A DNA stretch of 56,983 nucleotides from an archaeon. Lineage in GTDB: Archaea > EX4484-52 > GLR71. Shown piece by piece: positions 31,201 through 46,200 of the stretch. A model generated the notes under the pieces. That model worked only from the letters and a program-made list of their open reading frames with translations, ran no database searches and was not told the DNA's origin. The stretch spans positions 1 to 56,983 of the forward strand of contig WTCA01000030.1 of assembly GCA_013138805.1 (NCBI GenBank). The letters run 5' to 3'. The translations under genes and the position numbers were made by a program. Within the stretch, counting starts at the first letter, position 1, and every line of letters begins with the position of its first letter.

Positions 31201-34200
31201 ATATGACATCAGGAGCTGTGAAATTGACTGTCCAAAGACCCGATGCGACAGAGTAGTTGACAGATGTGATATTTACGGAAACTGAAGTCCCTGCGTTAGT
31301 CAGGTTTATCTGCCATGTCACATTATCATCCAGAGGCACGAAAGCATAAGTCAGGTTAAAGATGACTGTCATGTTGTCGTTTTTTGATACATTCAGCACA
31401 GGAGATGAGGATGTCGGCGAGATTACATCAAGATATAACGGATGTATCGTAATGTTCAAAAGAGTATCATGGGTCTGCGGGAATGCTGTAAGATTTGTTG
31501 TCCTGAAATAAGCAGTATATGTCTGCAAAGATGTCAGTTCAGGTGCTGTATAATTTATCATGACATCTGAATAATTTCCTATAGGAAGATCAAGCATGCT
31601 TGCATTCACTCCAAACAAAGTGGTGTTTGTTGACTGTGCAGATACTGTCAAATACATGTTGCCTATATTTGACACGCGAACAGATCCAAACTCACCTGTT
31701 GTGTTTGCAATGACCACTTTTGATATCTGTACAGGGTTATGCATCCATGTCATATTCTCAGGTATTATAACAGTTATATTTGCAGATGTGTTTGTCTTTG
31801 ATGTGGAGATTGTATATGTCATATAATATATTCCGGATGAATAGATCTCAGGAACATACGCTGTGATTGTGAAATTTGTGCTGTTGCCTTTTGTCAGATT
31901 GACTATTGATGACGGATTGAAAGATATATTGAAATCAGCACATCCAATGCCTGAAGTGCAGTTGAACTCTATATCTTCTGCAATATCATTGCCCAATGAT
32001 TCCAGTGTCAGGTTCTTGCTATCATTATTTCCGTTTTCAATGATAAACATTACAGGATCCTCTGTTACGTTAAGCACAGGGTTTGAACCTATTGTCACTT
32101 TTATAGCAGTTGTCAAATTATCTGTTGAGTTATCATAATTTGTCCAGTTGGATGTGAAATTGATGTAATAGTCGCCAATTATATCTTTAGGTATTGACAG
32201 TTGGGTGTTTCCGTTATAAGGTGTCTTGAATATGTTACCCATAGCAAACTGCGAAGGCGATACATTCCACAAGGCAGGATATGTTATTGTCGTATTGACA
32301 TCAAGTGCTCTGGAATAACCTGCATTCAATGTTGTGAAATTGATTGTGATATTCAACCCGGAATAAAGGGTGACACCATATATTGTTGCATTTGTTATGT
32401 TTGTCTCTGTAATTATTGTTGTGTTCACTGCGACCGTCACATTATACTCAGGCGTGCATATCACAAGCGATGCAGTATCATTTGCGCATATCCTTATCTT
32501 ATGTATCCCTGTCTCATTCTCGCTGTAATTGAGATATACAGATGTCCCGTTCATGGCAAAGTAATCTATAAACACTGTGCCGTTTGGTTTTGTTGAATTG
32601 AGCCACACCTGTGATACGGCGACATTGTCTGTCACTTCTGCTGATATATTTGTGTATCCTGTTCCGGATTCATAACCCATAGGGTCTATTGATACATTAG
32701 ATATGACCGGAGGCAGGTCTGTCACATTGAGCCAGAAGTCTGTGACTGAAAATGGTGGATTGCCTGTAGCATCACTCAGATAGACCATCACATAATACAT
32801 ATCCTGTGCTGATGAAGAAGGAATTGAATAGTTCACTGTCACATTTGAAGAAGCACCGATACCCAAGCTGAATGCCAATGGTTCTCTTGTAACAAACGAA
32901 GTGCCATTGCCGCTTAGAAGAACCTGTATATTTCTTTCAGAATTTCCATTGTTGGATGCTGTAATTGTTCCTATCTGTGTTGTGCTGGTATTTACAAGAG
33001 CAAGAATGGTTCCGAATGTGGACGGTACACGTTCCCATGAGAGATCCAAAGGTACTGTTGCATTCACAAACACAGAATCGTCAGGAGCATTATCTGATTC
33101 TGCAGACACCCATGTCCAATAATATCCAGCGTCCTGACCATACGGTATATCTATAGATATGTCAGATGTGAAATTTGATCCGGCAGGCAGATATCCCCAA
33201 GAGGGCTGAGATATTGTAAGATTACATAAAGGACAGTCAATAGCTAATGTATTTCCTACTTTATCAAGAAGTATATTTGTAATAGCATCATTTCCTGATG
33301 CACTGACAGTTACAGTATCGATTAGCGTTGTCTCCCCATGAGGTGTCTGATTCTGGATATAGTCAGGTATAACTTCAAGAACAGGATTTGATGCAACAAC
33401 CACAATTGTACTACCTACTGTAGAATTCATAGTCCTGTCAGGATTATCCCACCAGATTGTATTGTATACTGTTATCAATTGAGGTCCTGTCTTTGCCGGG
33501 ACTGTGACAAGGAAGGCTCTTGTGCACATCTCACCGATACTCAAGTTTCCGCAGTCATAGTTTGTCGTATTGTATGTCAATGTACCTATTGGAATTTCAT
33601 CAACACTTATAGATACATTATATGCAGTTGCAGGACCATTGTTTGTAGCGTTCACTGTCAATACAAAAGATTCACCAGATATCTGGGTAATGCTGAATGC
33701 TGTAAATGAATCGGTCTGTGCTCCTGTCATATCAATCTTCCCCCAGACGCTGAAGCTTCCGGCATATGTCACATTTGTGTTGTTTTCCGGAGGAGAATCG
33801 CTTGCGACTATATCTACAGAATAATTGCCTCCAATCGGCGGCATATAAAGTGTTGAATAAGTGTCATTGACTGTATTTGCCATAGTCACATTGACTATGC
33901 TTCCGTTCGGCAGAGTTATCATGGCAAAGGCTGAATACACGCCTATGTCGTCAGTAATTATAGCTGTTATGTTTGTAGTATTCAGGTTAGCTTCCAATGT
34001 GCTGTTAGGGATTATGGTCATATTTGCAATGGATGGCGCATTTATATCTTCAACTATTATTGTTGCTGTTGCATTGCCAATATTCGGCGAATAAAATACA
34101 GTTGCATTATCTGTTATGTTGCACATGAAATCAATAGTACCTTTTGAGTCAGGATACCATACATATCCTGCAAGGCCTGAACTGTTTGTTACATAAGTAC

Positions 34201-37200
34201 CGTTATAGACATAATCAGACCCGTTAAGATACCAGAAATCAACACTATAACCTTCTACAGAAGCACCTGAATTATTATCTTTCACAAGACATTTGACATC
34301 AAAAGATCCAGGGTATGCCTGTTGGGATCCGTTGAGAGGCTCCCACCATATAACATCAACAAGACCGTTTATATTTATAGATATGTTATCAGTCCCTGTT
34401 ATATAATATGGTCTTGTCGCATTTGAAACCAGTGTTTTTGGCCCAGGAATCTGTGATACAAGCGGATATGTTGTGTTCTGACCTGTCGCAACAAAACCAG
34501 AATCTATATACCAGTCAACTGTTGCCGTGTCAACATAGCTGTTCTCATTTTCAATGTAAGATGTAAGATTCAAAATTTCTGCCTTGCTCCATGAACTTCC
34601 ATTTGCAGGCCCGGTTATGTTGATATATAAAAAACCGTATATACCTATTGTTGTCTGGTTTGTGATTGAGTCTTCAAGCCCTGCTTTTGTTGAGTTTATG
34701 TATACAACATAACCTTGCGGTGTGATGTTTTCAGGTGCGTCATAAGTGATGTAACAGTTTCCGTTCACATCAGTTGTGCAGTTGTCCATAAACCCTGTTG
34801 AATTGTAAAACCAAACATCTGCGTTTTCCGCCGGACCTATGAGGGCATCATATATTGTGACTGTGATATTTGTATCATACGGACTGAATGTATTGTTCCT
34901 GTATATGTCTGGATTGGACAGCACTATTTCTGTTATTACCGGTGACCTGTTTATCCTTACAGTAGTATTCTCATAATAAGTTGACGGCGTGTAATATAAT
35001 GAGTCATCGGAAGATATAGAACAGCTTATATTGTACCAGCCATAGTTCTCTGATGCTGTGGACCATATCCATACTGCGGTACCGTTTGAGTCTGTCAGGT
35101 TTGAATCCTGGAAAACATCATTCTTGTAGAAGCTGACATTATAGCCGGTTATATTTTCTGTTGTGTTGGCATCAATCACATTGCACTGCACATAAATATT
35201 GTATCCTGCAAGATAACTTGAAAGATTCAATGGCAAGATTGATGATATCATGCTCCAGCCATAGACATAGATGCCTGTCGTATTGGTGCCGATGTCATAA
35301 TCTGCGCGGGTCGCATTTACAGTTATGGTGTCAGGGCCTTTTGTATAATATATTGGGATGTTCCAGCTTGTGTCATATCCGGATCCTATCTGTATTGGTG
35401 TGCTGTTGTACCAGGACACAACTGCATCAAGAACAGGATTAGAACAGTCATCAGTCACAGTAGTGTTCAAAGATACTGTTGTGTTCCTGTTAAATATAAC
35501 ATTTTCCTGCGGATCAATTGGATTGGTGTATAGCTGCCCTATGACTGACAATGATACATTTGATGAGTTGATTATCTGGTAACTGGGGTCATCCACTGCA
35601 ATCTTCCATTTCTGCGCACCCACATCACTGTCACATTGCGGATCATAATCAATTCCGCAATAGCCGTCTGAGGATGAACATGACTCATTATAAGTGAAAA
35701 TATTTCCGTCTTTTGTAACCCATATTGTTGCATTTGTATCATTTTGATAGACTTCATAATCAGTATCATATATTCTTACATTAAGGAATGCAGTCGTCAC
35801 ACCGAGCCGTCGTACTGTACTGTTGCTTGCCGGATCTATTGAGATTGTGATATTATCATAATCAAGCGTGAAGTTATAGACTTCTGTCTCGCTGCTGAAA
35901 CCGAATACGCTTTCAGAGATTATCTTATAATAATTAAGACCTGACGGCGGTGTAAGGTAATCATTGGATGTGAACCTTTCATTGAAATATACCCACTGGT
36001 TTATAGGTGTTCCAACAAGCTGCCAGTTTACAAGATCCCATGAAGAATTATCAAAGCTTTTCCACAGTGATACATTGTTTGTTGCAAGATCAAGACTTGT
36101 AAGCCTTACGCTGAACTGATGATTCTCTCCCCAGCCGCCAAATTTGGGAGATACAGATACAAGTTCAAGTATAGGTGTCGTTCCAAGGAAGAACCTCTCA
36201 TCTCCTGAGGATTCATTATCTGCAAAAAACTCTTTTGATACATCTGCAGTTACATTGTACCATTTATATGGCTTGCTTGAAGAGTCCCATGTGCAGTTAT
36301 AGTCACCGCCGCTCTCATTCCATCCTGCATTGCTTTGCTTGTTACAAAAATACTCATTAGGAAAATTCAATAGAGCATATGATATTGTTACATTCTCAAC
36401 AGGACCGCAGTCATCAGACACTGTAGATATAAGAGGTATGAGGTCACCTCTCAAATATCCCTGCTCATATACATTTGTTATGTTGAGGAGAAGTGTTGAA
36501 TTCACAGACAGGTCATATTCTGTGGAATTCTTATCCTTATAGCAGACATCATTTACTATTCCTCCTTTCCATTTCTGAATGCCGACAGTATAATTACATT
36601 TCTGGCCGCCGTCCGGGAACTGCTGCATAAAGTAATATGCGATTGAACTGTCCAATGTAACTGTATCTTTTCCTATGTCCCATGATGAGGTATCATTCGC
36701 GTCAGTTGTCACCCAGAACCGTGCAGAAGTGCCTGTACCTACTGAGATATTACCCCTATCATAATCTAAAATATCCAACATCAATGTCGTGTTGTGGGTT
36801 CCGTTCCGCCAGACATAAGAATTGTCTCCTGTTGCGTATTGTATTGTCACATCATTTTTATCAATTGTGAAATTGTGAGGCGTTGTAGTGTTTACTTCTG
36901 CATGAGTATCGCTTGCCTCAAAATAATATTCCCAAGTGTCTATATTTGCACAATCAGGATTATTCCATGAAATAATTGCATATTCATTCTGTGGATTATA
37001 CAATGTTGTTGTGTTTTTTGGTGCGCCCCAAGCACCATCTGTATATTTTTTTGTATAAAGGTTTAAAGTGACATTGTCCCAATCCTCATCAGTCACATTG
37101 ACTGAAAAATAGAATGTTTCACCCCAGCCGCCAACATCTGTAATTGCAGTTTCATCTGTCAAATCCGGTAATGTCGTCACAAAGATATGATTTGCTTTAA

Positions 37201-40200
37201 GCAATGTGCCATTATTGTAATACTGCTCCCATGATATTATCTCTGTGTCGTACCATCTTGCTGCCATGTCGGTCGTGTTTCTTGTGCATTCATAATAACC
37301 ACCAACTATCTCTTCGCTAATACAGGAATAATTAGATACATTATCTTCATTATAAAAAGTGAAGCTGTTATTTATGTTTTCAAGGCCGAGATTACAGTCA
37401 TCAGTTATTGTAGGTGTTATTGTGCTGCTCAATGTGACATTCTCCCCTCTCAGATATTCAGAACTAAAAGGAGGATTCTCAATAGTATTTATAAGGTCTC
37501 CCATTATTGTTGTGTTATATTCTAAAGATAGATTTATTGCAGCATAACATGAATCTGTAACTCCTGCTTTCCATTTCTGCGGACCTATCTTATAAGTTGG
37601 AGAGGAACATCCCGGATTGAAATTGTAGTTTGCATAACCTGTGGAATTTGTCAATATGACAGTCCCAGTATCATAAGTCGGATTGTCATAGGTTGTCCAG
37701 AATGTCACGGATGAATCTGTCATCACTGGCATGCTTGCGTTGTCAAGATCAAGAACTCTTGCAGTAAACAATGCAGTCTGTGCACCTGACCGGTTCACGA
37801 CAGAATCATTGCCGAATATATATTCAATTGAGACAGTGTCTGCCGTAAGGTTCGGTCCGGACATTTGGCTTGTGTTGAACTTATTTGTGCCGTCATATAT
37901 CTGGAATTTGTACAGATTGTCTGTACCAATCTCTGCGCAGTCGAAATCCATGACTGATAGGGTGCAGTTTGCATCACCAGCAGGTGCGGTCTCTATGAAT
38001 GTGCTGTTCTTCAATATCCATAATGCTCCGTTGTCTGTGCTGACGAAAAGGTCGCAGGTAATGTTATCCTGCTGAGTGTCAGATATCTGGGCTTCATAAG
38101 TATATACACGGCCCCATCCTTCTACATCAGGAGATACTGTAAAATTTTCTACTATTGGCGGTGTATTGTTCAGGTATGTCCAATTAGAGAATATTGTTGA
38201 ATTGCTGTAATAATCTGTCTTGCTTGCATTAATCCTGAAACTCCAGTTTCCGCCCTGATGGAACAGTGTATCCCATGAGGAATTGTAATAGCCTATACTG
38301 TTGTTTGTTACAGGAGTTATATCTTCAAAGACAATATCCTGATATACTGCTTCATGAGTTATGGAAGCTTCTGACATCTGGACTGTGCAGTCATCATAGA
38401 TGCTTACATTCAGGTTTACAATAGCACCTACAAGTATGTTTGAGCCTTCTGCAGGATCTGCGATAGAGCTTTTCAACTGCCCTATTATGTCTGTATCCCT
38501 GTCAGATGAATTTGAATCCTTATAGCAGGCATCACCGTTTGAACCGCCTTTCCATTTATGTCCTCCTACAGAATAATTGCAGTCCGGGTTGAATGAATAA
38601 TACAGATATCCTGAAGAATCTGTCTGGTTCTGTGTGCCTAAATCATAAGAAGATCCGTCTGTTGTCACGAATATCTTTCCTGTTGCGTTAGGTATTGATG
38701 AACCTACATATACGTTGTGGTCTGCGTCAAATATCCTCACTGAGAAAACTTCGATATCATCCCCTTCACGACCTATCTGTGACAGGTCCCCCATGCCGCC
38801 ATAATATGTTATTGTATCATCCCTGATTATGTTGAATGTTCCTGATGTCTCATTTGTATAATTATAATTATCAGATGCGTTGAACTTGAAACCCCTTGTA
38901 CCTATATCACTGCATGAGAATCCGTGACCGCTAAAGCTGATAGTCTGTATGCTTCCACAATTTGTGCAGACTGTTGAATTAAGAAGTTCCCAGTCTCCTG
39001 TAAGATTGACCCAAAGGTAAACATTAACATTATCCTGATCCTCATCAAGCAGATTTACTTCAAATGTCCAGGATTCACCCCACCCATAATCTGATAAACC
39101 AACAGATGTAATGGTCGTAATAGAGGGATTGCTAATCTCTGGAACTGTCACAAGACGGAATGCACTGTCTTTCCTATAGATATCTGAAGAGTTATAATAT
39201 AATTTTGAAGCAGTAAAGTTTATGTCATAGTCACCTGTAAACCATCCTGTTGTGGATGCTGCAGGTATTGTGCAGTTGTAATAGCCGTCTGCCTCATCAT
39301 ATAATGTATTATCAGGAGGGCATGTGAAATATGGAATTGCTGACTGTTCAACTACAAACTCTGAGCTTGCACCAGGAACCAGACCGCAATCATCTGTAAC
39401 ATTACCCCTTATCAATATGTCATCAACACCACGAACCCTTGTGATGCCGTCAGGCTCTGTAAGGGTTGTCAATAACGGTATTGCAGTTATATTAAATTCA
39501 ATATCAGATGAGTTTTGCAGCTTATACCAGCTACCCCCTATTACGCTTGATGCTTTCCACATCTGCGGGCCGAGACTATATGTGCAATCAGGATCAAGAG
39601 TCACAAAGAAATAACCAGTATTGTTTGATATAGTATCCAAGGTCTCAAAAGAACTACCATCCTTTGTCACATAGAATCTTGTATTTATAGGTGATGTTAT
39701 CAACAGGTCTTTGTCATCATCATATACACTTACACTGAAAGTCACATTCGGATTGCTGTTTCCAGGCAGATCTGACCTGTTGACAATTGAATTGTTTCCT
39801 GAAAGTATCTCAATCCTAACATCATCAGCTTCAACTGTAAATGATACATTTGACGTCTCATATTCATCCCATGCATCGTCAGCTGTTACATTGAACTTGA
39901 ACTCCCAGTCGTCCATATCATTTCCGCTTATGAATTTTGCAGACAGGTTTACAGTTACATTTATTCCCTGCGCGGTTGTTGAGTTTTTAAATATCCATGT
40001 GCCGCTTGATGTTTTCTTTATCCAAAGCCTTACAGTCATAAGGTCATTATCCCTGTCTGTCGCATTTGTCGTGAAATAGAATGTCTCTCCCCAACCACCG
40101 GTACTTGGGTTTGGAGACGGCAGTGAAAGATATGGCAATGTCTCTATCCAAAATGAAGATATCCCATAAGCGTACTGGAATACTTCCGAGTCATTATTGT

Positions 40201-43200
40201 AGAATGACTGTGATGAGTTCACCTCAAAGTCATAGTATCCCGGCGGCATACCTGTGTTGTTGAATGTGCAGTTATAATATCCTGTAGACTCATTGTTGAT
40301 TATGCAGGTGTCTGAATATCCTGTCCTGAAATACCTGAAAGATACATTGCTCTCATTCATCACTTCTGCTACGCAGTCGCTTGTAACATTAGCTCTTAAA
40401 GTAACATTGTCATCAAGGAAATACTCAACACCCAAAGGCGATGCTAGAGAATTATATAGAGTTCCATACACTGTCAGATTATATTCGGTTGTGTTTTTCG
40501 GTGTATAACAGGAATCGTTCACTTCAGCATACCATTTCTGATCTCCTACATCATAGGAACAGGACGGTGTGAAATCATATGTCGCATTGCCGCCGGATGT
40601 TGTATTGAAACCTTCAAGAATATATGTTGTGCCGTCGGTTGTTATGTTGAAATATACATCTATATCTGGTGAGACAGGCATTCCTCTCACAGTGTCGTTG
40701 ATGTATACCTTAAGCTGCTGCATACCGTATGATCTGTTGACATCCTTATTGTTTCCGTCCATATATATTATCTTAATATCATCTATAGTCATGTTCGGTC
40801 CGCTCATATTTGTAGTGTTTATCGTGTTATAGCTGTCATCAAGCTCAAACTTGAAATAGTTGTCAGTGCCGATGTCACCGCAGTTGAAATCAGAGACTGT
40901 CAGGTTGCATACTGCAGGGCTTGCTAAAGTTGTCATGTTCCTGAAGATCCATGATGCACCGCCATTGGTTGTTGTATAAAGGCTGCAGTTGACTGTGTCT
41001 GCATCCGGATCTGTGAAATTTAAGCTGAATGTATATGTTGCACCCCATGCACTGGAATTTGGCGTCACATTAAGGTTTGAATAGGCTGGAGGATTGTTGA
41101 GAAGCTCAAAATATTCTGTCAATGTGTCAATTGCAGTATAATATGTGCTGTTTGATGCATTTGTTTTTATTGTCCAGTTTCCCGGCTCCTTTAATGTTGA
41201 ATCCCAGGTGCAGTTGTACCATCCTGCATCAGATCCGGTCTCATCATTTATAGGAGAACAGCTATACCATGAGGCGGATGGGCTTTGAAGCTCAATGCCT
41301 TTTGATTCGGCCTCTATCCTGCCTTCAACTGAACAATCGGTTGTCACATTGAATCGCATAAAAACTGGTGTTCCTGTACCATAGCTTGAACCGTTTACAG
41401 GTGATTCAACGCTTGTATATAATTTGCCATATGAATCAAAATATTCTGTGGGATATAAAGAATCCTTATAACAGACACTTCCTGATGTCCCTCCTTCCCA
41501 TGCATGCTCGCCTGTAGTGTAAGAGCAGTTTATGTCAAAATCATAACTAAGGTATCCCAATGCATCTGTCTGCAATGCGTATCCATCATCAAAACTGCTT
41601 AAGTTACTCCAGTTCACAGTGACCCAGATCTTACCATTAACACCGGATTCTACCGAAGTATATCCTCTATCTGTATCCAGTATCTGTGTCTTAAGAAGTA
41701 TTGTGGCGGTGCCGTTCCTGTCAACATTCTGGCCGCCTGTACTTACAGGTATCGCATCCACATCATCTTTCTCAATTGTCATTGTTGATGTGATATTATC
41801 AGTATAATTATAGTCATCAGATACATTGAACTTGTATTGCTTTACACCAAGATCCGCTGCACCTGCACAGGAAAATGTTTTTCCTGCAAAGGTTATTGTC
41901 GGATCGCCCTGAGACCATATCACAGAATCAAGAAGTTCCCATGAACCTGTACGGTTTATCCAAAGAGATACATTTGAACTGTCTCCGTCATTATCCATGA
42001 TATCTACTGTAAATGTCCAAAATTCACCCCAACCACCAATACTGCCACCCTGTGTCGATGTTGATGTCGGGTTTGACAAGACAGGCCTTGTGACCAGCCG
42101 GAATGCATTTTCCACCACAAAGACATTGGAATCGTTATAATATGTCTTATCTGCTTTTATTGTAATATTATATAATCCGACAGGCCAGGTATTATGGGTT
42201 GTATTTGCAATTGTGCAGTTATACCAGCCGTCAGTCTCGTCGCCGGCAGGGTAACATAATGCATATGTTGTTCCCCCCTGTACCACACTGATATTTACAT
42301 TGGCATCACTTACAGGACCGCAGTCATCTGTAACATTTCCTCGAAGAAGAATATTATCCACACCTTTTTCAAATGTAAGTCCGCCTGTGGGATAATCAAA
42401 CATGGCTACAAGAGGTGTTGTTGTTATGTTGAAATAAAATTCTGTTGAATTTGTTGAGTTGTATTCAAAATTATCAAGAAGACCTGATTTCCATTTCTGA
42501 GGCCCTACAGCATAGGTGCAGTCCGGCTTAAATGTGTATGTCTGATAACCTGTTATATTTGAATTAATATAGCTTGTCGGCAGGAAAGGGTATGGAATAT
42601 AATTGCTGAAAGTATCATTTGTCAGGTAAAACTTGCTTCTCTTAAATGGGATAATAGCGTCAGGATCCTTGTCAACATCCCATACTCTTGTGATTAATGT
42701 TATATTATAATCCGGGTCGTATGCCTGGGCTGACCTGTTCACTATACTGTTATTTCCGGATATATATTCTATTGAGACTGTATCTTTTTCAATATAAAAA
42801 GTCTTTTCAATAGTCTCGTTTGTATAGCCATCACCATCTGATGCTGTCACATTGAACTTATAATACCATGTCGTATCTGCATATACATTAGTAAATGTCT
42901 TTGGCGAGAAAGTTACATATTGATTGACACCTGATATTGTATTGTTTGTCAGGGAATTTGCGGGAACATATCCATCACTTTCATTACGGAACCATGCTTT
43001 TACTATCAAAGTATCAAGATCATAGTCTGTCGCATTGACAGTGAAATAATGTTTTTCTCCCCATCCGCCAGATGACGGAGTAACATCCGATGCAGCAAGA
43101 GTTGGCCTGGTCTCAATCCAGAATGATTCTGTTCCTTCAGAATAGACATCTGTAGTTATCTCGGTGATATAGAACGGCTGTGTTGAGTTCATAGTTATGT

Positions 43201-46200
43201 TATATCCTCTTGGTTCTTTTCCTGCCGTGTCAAAAGTGCAGTTATAATAGCCTGTTGATTCATTGTATATCTCGGTCGTGCAGGCATATTGTGTTTCTGT
43301 ATACTGAGAGGTCATTGTGAAATTGACATAAGTTGTGTTCATCGTCTCCTGAGAACTGCAGTCGCTTGTTATGTTTGCACGGATTGTCACATTCTCCTCG
43401 CCGCGAAGATATTTTTCTCCGGAAGGAGAGGTCACAAGATTTGTCATCTGCCCATAGATTGTGATTGTATAATTCTCTGTTGTATTTGAATAGAGATAAT
43501 TGTCATCAGTTATACCTGCCAACCACAACTGATTTTCTGTTTCATAATATGGTGTACATGTCGGCGAAAATATATATGATGCGTGTCCTGTTGAGTTTGT
43601 CTGTAACAGGGAACCGCTGTCATAAGTTGTGCCGTCTGTTGTTATCCAGAAAGTCACATTGGAACTATTTATATAAGACTTGTTTTCAAGGTCATAAGCC
43701 CGCACTATAAGAGTTTCGCTTCCTGCTGACCTGTTGACAGATGTATCATTTGCAGAATAGAATGTCACATTGACTGACGGTTTTGTCACTGTCGGTCCGC
43801 TGAAGACTGTTGTGTTGAATGTGTTTGATGATTCAGCATCTTCTATCTGGAATTTATATGATGCAGTTCCCATATCCTGCGGAGTGAAATCCCATACGAG
43901 AATGCTGCAGTTACCAGTACCGCCCATGACTATGCTTTGACCTTTATCAACCCAGACGCCTGTCGTGTTCGTGAACAGTGTACAGGTCACATTGTCTGAT
44001 TCTGGATCGTCAACAGAGATGTTGAATGTGAAATTCCTGCTCCATCCACCGCTTGATGGTGTGACTGACTCATTATCATAAGTGGTGTTAAGATTCTCAA
44101 GCCAGAATCTGTCAGTCCACCATGTCGTGTTTGGATAGTAATCGGATAGAGTGGATGTCATGTTGACTGTATAGTTGCCTTCCAACTTGCCTGTGGAATC
44201 CCAGGTGCAGTTGTATATTCCTGTACTTTCATCATTCACAGGACTGCACTGGTATGTGCTGCTACCTGAATGCGTAAGGTTAAGAGCTATTGATGCGCCT
44301 GCCTGATTTCCTTCAGCAGGACAGTCTGTACCTGTTGAAATATTTACAAAGATGCTGTCAGTCACATTGAAGACAGAATCCTGGACAGGCAGGTATAAAC
44401 TGTTCTTTAGCTGGCCTACAATCGCAAACTGCCTTATAACGGTTAGGTTTTTGTCTTTATAACAGATGTTATCTGTTGTGCCTATAAGCCAATACTGATC
44501 AGTTGATGCAGAATATCCGCAATCCGGATTAAAAGAATAATTCACATAACCATCTGCATCTGTAACTGTCGTGTTTCCAGAGTCATACGAGATTTCATTG
44601 TATGTTTTCCAGACTGTAGCATTTATACTTGCACCAACTATTGAGCCTAAATCTGTGTCATTTATTCTTACCTTGAAATATTCTGAATCTGCATCTTCAC
44701 GATCAATTGATACACCGGCTCCAGAAACATAGATTACTTCAATATCATCTTTTTCAAGAGTGATGTTCTTTATCACAGACTCATTTGTAAAGCCGAAGCT
44801 GTCTGTCACATTGAATTTATAATAAAGGTAAGGACCCTGAGTTAAATCAGAACAGTCAAAGATCTTGTTGAAAGTTATATTTATCCAGGCCACCGCATTA
44901 AACTTCTCTTCAGAGTCTACAAAATACCATGGTCCTGCTGCGTTATAAGCTTTCCAGAATGATATGTTATCTGTGTCATCCGGCTCAATATCCCTGAACT
45001 CTACCTTGAAGGTATAATTATATCCCCATCCTTCCAGTTCAACATCTACAAATGTCTCTCCCAGTTCCGGAGACTCACCAAGCCGTAAAGCGTCTTCCAC
45101 AAATATGCTTGACATATCATAATATGGCTTTGTTGAGTTCATAGTTATGTTATGGATGCCAAGGAATGCAACACTGCTGTCCCAGGTGCAGTTATATGTT
45201 CCATTGCCAAGATCAGTGAAAGATGAACATACATAAGAATTTGCTCCGGAGGTTATATCAAACTTTATGGTATCAGACTCATTGACATATGTTCCTGTCG
45301 TGGCGGTGCAATCATCGCTTACAGTACCGTACATTGTGATATATGTGCCTTTCTGGTATAAAGCAGTAGGTACAGGAACCTCAAGATTGTTTGAGAGTGT
45401 ACCGTTTATGTCAAGCTCATATAATGTTGAATTCTCATCAAAATAATTGGTACCCCCAATGATTCCTGCTTTCCAGTCCTGTTTTCCTGTAAGGTACAAT
45501 GGAGCTGAACAGCCAGGATTGAAAGTTATGTTAAGATTGCCGGACGGGTCTGTAGTGTCTGCCAAAGAAGTACCCCATATCCCTGTAGTTGTGCCGTTTG
45601 TGGTCACCCAGAAATATCCCTGCATACCCGCACCTAAAGCAGAATCTGTATAATTATCAAATGCCTGTACTGTAAGTACTGTTGAATTGGTGCCTACACG
45701 ATTTATATCTGTACTGTTTCCTAAAACATAATTTATGTATATGCTTCTTTTTGTTACATTGAAATCATAGACCGGCTGCTCATCTGAAAGACTGTCAGTA
45801 TCGCTTGCATTAATCTTCCAGTACCAGGTATCTATGTCTCCAGCTGCTGAATATAATCTTGTCAAGGTCTTTGTCGTGTTTATGCAGTCTGAACAGGATG
45901 TCTGGTCTGCAAGAGTCCATGGGCCTGTCGCAGAACCCATAGATTCCCAGAGATATATATCAACCGTGTCATCATCATCTGTAACATTCACAGTGAATGT
46001 TACCTGTGATTTTGCGGGATTATTTCCCCATACAACTGAAGATTTGTCAGCAGAGGCACCGGAAAGAACAGGATTTATCTGATGGAAAAATGAGTTTAAA
46101 TAGGTCTTGAACAATGGGTTAAGATATTGTCTTGTGGAATTGAGTGTGATGTTATACCAGCCGCCCGGTGCACCTGTGACATTCCATGTGCAGTTATAAT